Source: Klebsormidium nitens (Eukaryota; Plantae; Klebsormidiophyceae). Taken from it: DNA of 46,211 bases. This document shows positions 10,703-21,811 of the stretch, one piece after another. The DNA is taken from NCBI GenBank assembly GCA_000708835.1, contig DF237605.1:1-46211 (forward strand), read 5' to 3'. Below the pieces are notes generated by a model. The model did not search any database. It was given only the letters and a program-made list of their open reading frames with translations, and was not told the DNA's origin. The translations under genes were made by a program, and so were the position numbers. Each line of letters starts with the position of its first letter. The stretch's first letter is position 1.

Positions 10703-13700
10703 ATGGCGCCCTTGAGCAGGGCAGCGCAAAAGCTGCCAGTTTCCCCTGTAGCAATCCGTACTATATCGATCTCAGAAGCACCGAGCCGCACAAACTTAGG
10801 TTGGGGGTCTGCAGGAAAGGTATCAAGTGCACCGATTGTTGCTTCTTTGAACGCAGCCGGCAAATGGCCCTACAATGAAACGGTTGCAGCTTCTGCCCCG
10901 CTGCGTGCTGTACCACCACTGCATCAGAATGATGGAGCTCCGAGTTTGGAAGAAGTTCGGGGAGCAAAACGGGGAGATACTGCAGAGGAGATGTTGGCCG
11001 GAGTTCGTAGGATCGAGTCTCTTTCTGCAGTAGAGTCTTTTCTGGTGCAGAAAAACTCTTGGGCGAGTGGTGGTACCCCTTCTCCCCCTGAGAATGCACC
11101 AAATCGGCCAGAGAGGTGGAGACAAAGTGGCAAAAGAGACACGAGACAACGTCGGAAAGATCGATGGGCAGTAGCAAGGACTCCCGAAGCGCAAGCAAGG
11201 TGGGATACACTTGCTGAGGAGGTGATAGCATTGCTGCGTAGCGCGCCGCCTGAAGAGGGGGCTGACGCCTCTTTTTTTCTAGACCCCCTAAGAGATAGAA
11301 TGGGCCGCAACGTCTTCAACCGCGCAATCCACAAACTGGCGGCCGCAAAGGACCTCAACACGGCCCTGCTTGTCTTTGAGTGGATGAAAGAACAGCGAGA
11401 AGATTGCCGGCCGAATGCCGCCACGTATGCCCAGGTGATTCGGGCAGCTGCGCAGGCAAACAAGCCGGGGAAAGCGGTGGGCGTCTTTGGGGAGATGGAG
11501 GCAGCGGGGCTCTCTCCGGACCTGTATGTCTTCAGTGCGTTGATCAGCGGGTATGCCAGGGCGGGGATGTATAAGCAGGCGCTGGAGCTGCTCGACCAGA
11601 TGCGCGAGCGGGGCGTCCGGCCGGACCTGGTGGTGTATACCACCGTGCTGAACGCGTGTGTCAAAGGGGGCCTCCGAGTGGGGAGGATCCTGGAATTGTA
11701 TGCGGAGGTGAGTGGACAGCCCAGGTTGATCTACAAGTGGTGGTTCACTCATTGGTGATTGCAAGTGTAGTCAAATGGTTATGAAGTGAACGCCACGTTA
11801 CTTTCGAATTTTACACCCGCCAAAAGATGGGGCGATGAGAAAGGGGAGTGTCCAGAGTACGGTTGTCAACACTCTCATTTTGTGACCTGTCCCTTCCTTC
11901 GAGCAGCTCCTCATCGAGTAACGGACACACTGAGAGCCTTGTTGGCACTGGAGACCCCGCAAGCTTGGCTTTGAAAACCGATCTCTTGAGCTTCTTCGTC
12001 CTTCATCTGGCGCGCGCGTACCTTCTCAACACCTCTGTTACAACTCATATCCTTTGTCTAGTGCATGTCACCGAGGTGTGGCTCCGTGGACCTTCGCAAA
12101 AGGACGACTAAATTACTCTAAAAGAATATTCTCCGCAGATGCGTCGGGAGGGCGTCGTGCCGGACCTGTTCCTGTGCACGTTGCTGCTTCAGGCATGTGC
12201 GGGCAGCGGGCTGGTGGCGGAGGCGGAGCAGCTGTTCCGCGACATGCAGGACAGCGAGATTGTGCCGGACGTACACGCTTGCAACGTCATGATGGACGTA
12301 TATGGCCGCGCGGGGATGGTCGCCGAGGCGGAGGGCCTGCTAGCGGACATGAAGGAGATGGGCCTGCAACCAAACAAGTTCACATACACGGCGCTCATTG
12401 TTGGGTGAGGCAGTGTGGAAAGATTTTACGGCATCATTTGGGGGATGCTAGTCCTGATGACTTGTTGCAAGTCCGAATCGTGAGGTTGCCTTCTAGTACA
12501 GAGTCTTGCGGGGCGTCTGCGTACAGTCCAGGGCGTCCTCTACTTGGAAACGCCGCAACACCCCAAGAGAGACTGCTCACACCACTGCACTTGCCAGACC
12601 ATCGCTCTGCAACACTTTTGCAGGTGCGGAAAGGTTCGTCTTCACCGGAAGGCCGAGGCGGCGTTTCAGGCGCTGCTGTCGTCGGGGGAGCAGCCGGACC
12701 CGGTACTGGTGTCAGCCATGATGACGGTCTACGGCAACTGCAACCAGCTGAGGCGCGCGGAGGACATGTTCACGCAGCTGCAGAGCGCAGGGTGAGGGGC
12801 TCTGCTTACTCTTCACTGGGCTTACTATTCCCTTGATCGCAATTTGCCTACCTGAAGACTACAAGGATATGATTAAAGATGAGAAGAACCCAGTGCGTGT
12901 TAGTTCCTTACTCTGTCGAGAAGCTGTTCTGATCCATATTTGATTTACAGGTTCTGGCGGAAGTTATGAATTTAGAGGCTCGTTTTTGTAATAGAGAGCT
13001 CGGTCACTTTTCTAACTAGCCAGGACGAGCGCGCGTCTCTTCCGACTCGGCGGCACTCCCTAACTCCTTTGTTTTCCTGTTTATCGGGCCGATCAACCAG
13101 ACATGTTTAAACGCTTCCTGAGTGTGTTGCCCAGCGCGTTCTTCACTCCGCCAACCTATGCATCCGGTACCATTTTCTTTTGTTGCCGTTGTGGATATCG
13201 GCTTCCAACTCTGCTTTCTGTTTGACGGACACCCGCCCTGAAGCCAGCTAGCATCCCTGTCGCTTTACTCCGGTATCCAATTCTTGCACCAAGGTTGCGC
13301 CTTTATCCGTATTGGGGTGATTCTTTGTGGTGCACTTCATTCTGCAATCCTCGGGTAAGTCCACAATGTAGTGGCAAGCTCAAATTGAGGGGGCGCCTTT
13401 TGCCCGTGGTCAATATTGAAGTTTCATGGTGCTTGAAGTTGCCTATGGCAGCCTAGGGTACCGGAAGGTTTTTGATCATAGCCGGGTGATTTTGGCGTTT
13501 GGGAAGGAACCAAGCACATGTAAGTGATCCATACAGGGGACCAATCTTGGTTGGGGCAGAACGTTGTTTGAGTTTCTCCGGAATGTGCGGGAATTGAGCT
13601 TTCCAGGAAGTCAATTTTCTGTAGGAGCATTATGCGACAGCCAGCAATGACACAAAGGACAGAAGAGTCGAAGCTCTCGACGTGGCGATCAGGTTCCAGT

Positions 13701-16700
13701 TTCTTTTGCTACAAACACTAATAGATAAACTTCGATTTGAAAACACACGTGCATACACGTTGGTGGTTCTCAAGATAGCGTCCCGACCCCGGTTTTCAAA
13801 ATGCGAAACGCGGTTGGGGCCAACGAACCCCTCTCAACCTGCTCGGGCACCTCAAGCACCCAAAATGTTGCACGGCCAGTCTGCAATTCATTACGTGCGA
13901 CGTTCACGGAGTTCGACGAGATACCATTATCCAGCTTTTGTGGAATTATCCAACAAATCGTCGAAATCAACATCTTGGGTGCGAGGTTGAGGGGCGCGAG
14001 AGAACATCCTGTGCAGTGGAGCTCACATGAAACCAGCCACGCGTGCGTGTGTCCGCAGGTACCGCCCGGACCTGGTCGCGTACAACTCGCTCCTGGACGC
14101 GTTTGGCAAGGCGCGCATGCTGGGCGACATGGACCGAGTGTACCACAAGCTGCGCCACGCGGGGCTGCGGCCCGACGCGTACACGTACACCATCCTCATC
14201 ACCAACTACCGCCGGCAGCAGCGCTTCGACGAGGCGGTGAGGGCGCCTCATGGGATCTTGTCTGCCTGTGTGCGTGGTTTGCAGTGGCGGGAATGCTGTT
14301 TCGCCGAGACGGTCACGTGTCACCGCTCGATCTAGAATATATAATCCTGGAAGCAAGGCCGGGGATGCCGTTGAGACGGGTGACGTGGCGAGGTCCAAGT
14401 GCGAAAACCCGGTTGGCGTCGTTTGACCAATCATTGACCACAGGAAAATTCGACCTCGCCACGACATCACTTTTAAGAGGATCCCCCTTTCTCGGTACCA
14501 ATCCAAATGAACTTCCTTGATCCCGTTCTTCAGACGTACGCAGACCGTCATGCCGACGCTTGGCAATGCCGGCAACGACATCTAATCGAAGTAAGACTCC
14601 ACACCATCAGAGGGCCAGTGCAATGTTTCATCCGTTTGAAAAACGACTCTTGAGCTCCGCTAATAAGCGCTCCCCGTCCCCCCGTGCAGGTCGCGGTGTA
14701 CCGTCAGATGCAGGCCGCGGGCTGCCCGCCCAACCGGCTGCTGTACAACGGGATCCGCTTCTGCCTGGAGAAGGCGGGGGAGAAGGAGGAGGCCCTGGCG
14801 CTTGACCGCCGAAAAGGAGGCACGGGGCCGACGATTCCGGACGGGGACGTCAGCAAGGCGATCGAGCGGCTGGGGCGGCAGGGGCGGTGGGAGGATGCGG
14901 TCACAGTGTTTGAGGAGGAGAGGCGGGAGAAGGGGGAGGTGCCGGGAGGGGTGTGGACGAAACTGATGGAGGTGTTCGCCAGGTGAGCGGAAAGGGCGAG
15001 GAGGTCGGCAGCAGACGGCGGAGGCTGAGAATGAGGTTGAGACGTCCATGTCGACTTTCGGCTGTCCGGTTCTGGATTCCATTTGTCTTTCTTATATCAT
15101 AATTTGTACCTTGTTCGGTCTCGCTCGAGTTCTCTATTTCCGTCTGTTGGACGGCTCTTTTAGAAAGTTGTTTAGTTGTCACTCTCAGAAAAGTAGTCTC
15201 CGCAAAGAGGGGAAAGCGAAGTGCGGGGACCCTTGTTTTCGACTGAGCCGCTCGGGGATGCACGGCTCCGCTCATTGTTCGAAGCATGCTGTCGAAAGAC
15301 CGTTTGCAGCACGCGGACTGTTACAATCACGCCGATTATGAGCGATCCCCAGACTGCTTGCTGGCTCGGTCTATGAGCTCAACCCACGTCAGCTCGAGCC
15401 GACAGCTAACCTACGTCCGTGGGTTATGTTGTCTCAAGTCGAACGCTGACCTCTTGAGATAAGTCTCGTTTTGAGTTAGGCATATGTTGAGTTAGATCAG
15501 TACCCCGGGCGCAAAACAAACCAAACCCGAAATGAAGATGCCTCCACCCGTACCCACCCTAAACCCCCAGACCAACCCCACCCGTCCCCCGGGCATGGCC
15601 TTATTCAGACTAGCCGTATTACCTCAAATCGAGACTACTCCTCTTGAGCCCGTCCGTACCTGCCGCAGGTGGGGCCGCCACGAGGAAGCTCAGGAGGCCC
15701 TGTCGGGCATGAAGGCCGCGGGCCTCGCCCCGGACGTGTGGGCCTACACGGCGGCCATCGAGGCGCACAGGGCCTCCAAAGACGTGGCGGGCGCAGAGGC
15801 CGTGTACCGCGCGATGGAGAACGACGGCGTGGCGCCCAACGTGGCGTGCTTCAACGCCCTGCTCCGACTGTACGGTGCCACCGGGCGACTAGCGGTGAGC
15901 CAACCGCGCCACGTGGCACGTTCAGGAGTTGGTACAGCCAAGCGTGCCACGTGGCACGTTCAGAAGCCGGTCTGTCGAGAACCTTTAGACGCAATCAACC
16001 GTGAGTCGGCGCTGTATGACCAAGCTAGGACGGAGGAGTGTGCAGGTGCGAATCTCCTGGTTGTACGTCGGAAAGCGTCCAGTTAAATAGACGGTCCTTT
16101 TGGATGGCTAGGGTCCTTGCACCGTGCGCAAGAGGTCCGCTCGCCCTACAGAAGGTCCTGCTGTACCGTGTTGGATCGGATACACTAAACCACAGGTTGC
16201 ATCTTCCCGACCCGGCCAGCTTTGCTGCCGTGGCGCATTGTGCTTATTGCTTCGCAACATTTACAGGACGTCTTGCATGAGAAGTCGGTAGACCGTTCTG
16301 CTCGTGACTTGTTTCAAGGATTGGAAAGAGCCGGGACCGACCAGAATGCTTGGGTTGACGTCCGTTGAAATGTGTCGAAAGTGAACGTCGGCAACTTCAT
16401 CCAAGCCGTGTTAGTCAAACGACGCTATCCCCTAAAAGTCCACAAACTCGGACGGTCTCCTTTGTGGTTGTGGTCCTTCCGCGAAATCTTCGTTTACCGC
16501 TGCCTGGCTCGAAAATCGGCATCCAGGAGTTCCAGAAATGTTCTTGGGAGCCTTGAGAAACCCCTCGGTCGAGAACCGAGGGAGTTCTTCCGCCCCCTCT
16601 CTCCCTCCCGGCTCCTTAGCACCTTTTCATTCTAAGAGAAGCCACTTGGAATCAAGGCTCATGTTACTCCTGCGGCTTGCAGCCGGCGGAGGCCCTGTTC

Positions 16701-16925
16701 GAGCGGATGCGAGTTCTGGGCTTCATCCCGAATCGTTTTAGTTACTCCGCGCTAATGAAAGCGCTGCTGGAAGCGAAGCACTTCCGGCGGGTCTTGAGTT
16801 TAGGGAAAGAGATGAGGGAGCTAAACATCGAGACGAACATCGTAGTTCAGAAAATAATGGCGGCAGCAGAAAGTGGGTTGGCGGAAGCAACGCGGAACGA
16901 ACTGCAACTATCCAGACAGACGTAG
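10703..16925 (+). CDS. P-class pentatricopeptide repeat (PPR) protein, ~792 aa, ~16 motifs, probable organellar targeting, 7 exons
   Basis: Exons 10703-11707, 12139-12404, 12624-12791, 14059-14236, 14690-14982, 15669-15894, 16683-16925 (2379 nt, phases consistent). Tandem 35-aa motifs, e.g. LYVFSALISGYARAGMYKQALELLDQMRERGVRPD and LVAYNSLLDAFGKARMLGDMDRVYHKLRHAGLRPD. No E/DYW or SMR domain seen. Confidence 0.93.
15898..15965 (+). repeat. Two ~30-bp direct repeats (period 38), each with a palindromic G-box GCCACGTGGC
   Basis: AGCCAACCGCGCCACGTGGCACGTTCAGGA (15898) vs AGCCAAGCGTGCCACGTGGCACGTTCAGAA (15936), immediately after the PPR exon 6 donor. Confidence 0.9.
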
Positions 16926-17829
16926 TCTCTCGTATGTCGTGCTCTTAGCTTTTGGCTGGGTCTTATCAATCGTCCACTATATTCTGATGCCTCGAACCTA
17001 CATCGGTCGTTCTTTGATGTTCAGCGCCACCCTGCATGGAGCTTTAAACCAGTCATGTCATACTCACCGTCGAGCTTGATTGCAGATCGTACAAACGTAT
17101 GATCAACGTTTAGCCTATGTCCTCAAGATCTAGTCAACCATTCCTTTGAGAGTGCACGGCCGCATCTCTGGATCAATTAGACGTCACAATGAAGATGGTA
17201 TGCGCTGCAGAGAGCTTTTACACAACGTCTCATTGCTATATAAGCATGACCGTCAGTGACCATGCCCAGTGATGATGATATACAGAATTCGAGTTGTCTA
17301 GCTGCGAATCACCATATTGCAGGTTATACTCGATCGTAGATCAAACTCATATCATTGCACGTGACCTGTTGAGTCAAGTATACCTGAGATTTGCGGTACG
17401 CCCGACGGCCGCGGCTGATGACGGTCACTGGATCAATGGAACCTTGAACCATGACCTATAGATATGCCCCGGCCTCAACGCAAGTTTCAATGACTAGTCC
17501 AATCCATGACCTGCTTGGCATAGTCTTATTGCAGTAGCCTCAGCCTGCCGAGTTATAGCTGCAGCACATCATGCACGCCGGCCGGCCCGCTGGCCATGCG
17601 GGGGGGATTTGTGCAGACACATCCGGCGCTATGACATAGGGCAGGGTTGCAACCTGCCTCAAAAAGCCATGCACGTACTCAGAGACGAGCACGCGCCCAA
17701 GTTGCGCATTGAGTCAAACAAACGTTGCATGGAAGAACATATACAGATTGTTCGGTCATTGGTTACAACTATCGGGCCGCTAGCAAACACGAACTTCAAA
17801 TTGGCCCTTTTAACGATCCTGTATACTGC

Positions 17830-20364
17830 TTAGCGACCATCACCTCCAACAGGCTTCTCTTTTCTTCTCAACAAATAGACGACTACTCGTTGGCTCTTGT
17901 ACTCTGGATGCAAGCTTTTGTCAGCCACCCTGCTGATTGAAAAGTGACTCAAGGCAGCCTCGAGGAACGACTCTATCACAGAATCTGCAGGAAAAAGTTC
18001 CATAAACGACGCGATTCCAAAGCGTGCTGACATAATTATCACATGAGGTGCGCATTCCGTCATATTCGAAGGGACAATTCAGGATAGCATTCACTAAACT
18101 ATAATGACAGAAGAGCCGGACCACTTGCAAAAGACGTCCCGAAGGATTCTACAGCGGTTAAGAAGAAGGGCGGGACCTGACGCACAGAAAGCGGGAATGC
18201 TTCACCAGGCCGTCAAACAGCATACACTAACTTATTCAACCCGGCAGGACTGCATGAGGCACTTCTGCTGACCAGCGCTTAGCTATCGAAGCTCAACTGC
18301 AAGAGTAGCTCACCTATCCGAAGCTCAACTGCAATGATTATGGTGGTCTCGCTGGTACTTAGCTCCTTCAGGGTCGTCAAAAGATCGGCGAATGTCTCGT
18401 CGTCGTACACGACGTCTGACGCCACAACTGCAGGGTCAATACGACCGACGAGATCAATGTTCGAACCCGAAAAAGTCAGCCTTATCAATCCGGAGATATG
18501 GATCGATTCCGTCACATGAATCCGGAGATATGGATCAATTCCGTCACATGCCACGGACTGGGCGCCACAGAGCAAGATGACAGCCGCCAGGAAGCGAACT
18601 GCTAAGAGAAGCCCAACGCCGCTCCTGAGTTTCTGAAGCTTCGAGGATGATAGCACTCAGATCGATTCGGAGGTTTAGATGGTGTTACTCAAGCAGAAAC
18701 GACTACCCCCCTCTTCTTTACTGTTCAACAAGGATGGATTCAAGGTGCCTAAACGCCCTCAGATCCACCATGCTGGGCCTTCTTTCAAAACCACCATTTC
18801 GGATTCCAGATCAACGTCGCCCCATAAGAGCATTGTGTCGAAACCGCAATGATTTGCCATCCCTTTCTCGGGAATCCCTCACACGCCGCCATACAGGACT
18901 TTTGCGAACATGGGTTCCTCTCCCGAACAGCAGTCTGCCAACGGTCCATTTCGAACTTTCGCAAGACCACCAAACCAAAAACAGAAAACAAGGGAAAACG
19001 AAAAGTGGGCGGGGACTCACTCCAGTCGGGCCGTGGGTCCAGCAGTGCCGCCGTCGGTTCCGTGCTCCACAACAGCTCCACGACCTCTAAGCTTGCCGGG
19101 CTGCCCTTGGGCGCGACGTAGTTGTCCTCCACGTTTTGTCGGAGTAGCCGCAACCTGTCCGGCTGCAAGTAAAGGGGAAGGCGGTGAAATGACAAGGTCA
19201 CTCAATACTTCAACATCTCGAGAAGGAACCTTCCGGGACAGCCTTTTTTACTACAATCTTTGGAAAGAAACCCATACTCTAGGAGACTGGAATAACTTGA
19301 CAGGCCGCATTTCAAGGTTTTCGGCTTCAAAGACATGAAGCTCTTTAGCGCAGCTCTGCACGAATTGTGTTTCAGAAACATGAAGTGTTGGGTTCAGGAC
19401 TATAGTTGAAAAGCATCGAGGAGGAACGTCATAAGGCAGAGTTTGGACCAGGCCTGAGTTGTACCATGTCTGTCAGGATCACGCGGGCGGCACCCAGGAA
19501 AGCTACCGTAAGGCCGACCAAGCCGCAGCCTGCGCCAAGCTCAACACATGACTTGGCGCGGAAGTCAAGCCAGCCTTGATCTGCACTGCGACAGCGGAGC
19601 GCCTGTCAGGATGTAGATACTGCACGTCTCAACCTTACATGCATCATGGCATCTTCAACCATGGGGGTGAGTGGTTGTTGCGCTAATCAGGAAACCAACG
19701 CTCTCCCACAAAACAGACAGCATGTACACAAACACTATATCAATAAGATGCACTGCTCACCGTGTTAATGTACAGACATCAACGTTGGATTTGCCCAAGA
19801 TGTGCCCTGGACCTCTGATCGACTTGACCAACGTCAGAAAGTTCTGGGGATTGGGAAAGTACTTACGCGTACTCCAGAAACTTGGCCAGTACGAGGGCGC
19901 TGTCCCATACAACGGACCCGGTCACCGTAGACTGCATCTGCAAGTCTAGAAAAGCAATGATTGAGCAGAGGAACAGAAGCCCCAGTCTCCGCGAGTCTCC
20001 TCCAACCGCCACCATGGCCTTGGTGTTCTCCCCACAATTATGATGAAGAATGTGGACACGATCAAAGCACTGTAACACAACACCACCATCACATCAAATC
20101 ATTCAATAACACAATCAAAGCAACTGCCAGACGTTTGGCCTTAGTCCAGGACAAGATGGAGCGCACACTGGTGGTCCTTGGTCCATTTCTCACCTGCGAT
20201 TGCACAAGGCGGAGGTTTCGGCCGCAGACTTCCGCATCCAAGTGCCGGGACTTCTGACTGACGAATGCGTAATGCTTGGCTCTGGAAGGATCACGGAAAC
20301 TCCACAAGAGCATGACCTCTTCACTTGCATTGTGGACCGCGAATGTCTCAAGGCCACCAGCCAT
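17830..20364 (-). CDS. METTL21-family (Methyltransf_16) protein-lysine methyltransferase, ~257 aa, 6 exons; start codon provisional
   Basis: Exons 20364-20194, 19937-19867, 19585-19465, 19162-19021, 18427-18314, 17984-17830. Motifs SEEVMLLW, TGSVVWDSALVLAKFLE, SAM motif I VELGAGCGL, ILTD, PDRLRLLRQNV, ASDVVY (DxxY), LHPEYKSQRVVVY. The ATG at 20364 follows a CAG, so an upstream exon cannot be excluded. Confidence 0.9.
18487..18550 (+). repeat. 32-bp tandem duplication in a methyltransferase intron
   Basis: AATCCGGAGATATGGATC(G/A)ATTCCGTCACATG x2, one mismatch. Confidence 0.95.
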
Positions 20365-21811
20365 CTGCCCAGAGGATCAAAAACTCTTGTCAACGCAGTG
20401 TCACGACCACCATCCGAGTCCTCCCTCAGGCAGATGTCCCCGTCCAGAGCCGCGTTGCAATCCCAGGGCCACAGCATAACATTGACTTTGAATTTAAGAA
20501 GAAGCTGGCGCAAGTGGGCACAAATTAAACGTTTGAGAAATGAGCTCTCGAGAGGAGAGCTGGGCGCCCTGATTCTGAATGTTTCGTTCAGCTGACTGTC
20601 GAAGTGATTGTCGACCCAGCCTCGGGGTCGGCTGGGGCCTTTCTCTCCAAGGGAACTCTACCGACTTCTGCGCGTATGAAGCTTCTGAAGAAGACAACAA
20701 AGAAGCTCTTGGTGACGAGATCTTCTTCCGCTTCCGGCCGCATGGCAAATTGCAAATGATGGTGCGCAGCAGCTGGGAGCTTCCCAGAGCTGGCGCAGGT
20801 GGGCGCAGGTAGAAACGGCGTCGCCCCCATTGCAAGCCGCGCTCGGAAGGTGGCAGCAATCTTTGCTTGGGACGAGGCTGTGAAGCAGCAAACCTCCTTG
20901 TGTAAATAAATACCCGCTGCAGCAAATATCAGAGGCCTACTGGCTCGCATGCTGCGCTGCATTTTCGGGGGATTTTCAAGGGCGAGCAACCATGTGTTGC
21001 GTCATTTTGTCAGCTGCCCAGTGAATCTCGCCAAGTAGTTGCATAGCAAGAGGTAGGTGCCCGTTTTCCTGAGCAAAGTGGTCTTTTTGGACCTTGGGCT
21101 TTGTCGAATTGTGATTGGCGGTTTAGATTCAGATTATCTGCCACAATGAAACGATTATCTCAAGAGATGGACATCTGGTCAGCATGGTAAAATCCTTTGG
21201 TTTGCCAGAGCTTTCATCTGCTCTTTTGGGGCAGCATGGATCTTCCTGGTTTTGTCCGAGCAGCAGACTCTGTCGATGCCTAGCACAGTAGTAAGGGTGC
21301 CGACCGATTCATGGAGTCATTAGTGCTGTCAAATTGAATGTGCATGTTGTCAATGCTTGCTGACTTCGATCCATTTGTCGTTAGCCAGCACTCCAAGTTA
21401 CCCTGCTTGCGGAAATTCTTGCTCTGATAAGTCACATGCCCAAAGAAAAGTTACATGAAGTTGCTCTGATCCCTCCAACTTTACCTTCTTCGTGTGTCGA
21501 TGGATCTTAGGAAAGCTTCCATGTCTCAAGATTGTCTAACAAGGAGAGCAAGGCTTACGGATCTCACCTTACATCTTGTTCTGGATCAACAACCTTCTTC
21601 CAGTGCGACACTCAAGAGGTACTCAATCCTCATATTATCACGAACAGTGTTTCTTATCATCGCAGAGCACCAGGCAGAATGGCAGCCGGCTGATTGCTGC
21701 GCATACCCTTCCAAATCTTTGAAATTGCGATGTACAGGCTTGAGGGGTTTCTGACTTGGACTTTTTCCTATCAAATCTGCAGTCTGCTGAAGAGATCTCC
21801 AGGCATTCAGC

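Noticed and set aside
10924-11764. Long antisense ORFs (246 and 158 aa) over PPR exon 1; similar ones at 25597-26576, 30846-31367, 40977-41654 and 44817-45140
   Set aside because: Expected shadows of GC-rich coding exons on the opposite strand; no independent splice or family evidence.
12792-14058. Longest PPR intron (1267 nt) as a possible TE insertion
   Set aside because: Translation of the minus strand gave no recognisable TE motif and no TIR, LTR or TSD was found.
17268-17388. C/D-box snoRNA candidate (GTGATGA ... CTGA)
   Set aside because: No terminal stem and no evident rRNA-complementary guide; lies in decayed CATG-rich DNA.
20494-20989. Minus-strand ORFs upstream of the methyltransferase as an extra first exon or small gene
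   Set aside because: No phase-compatible donor joins them to the acceptor before 20364, and no family is recognisable.
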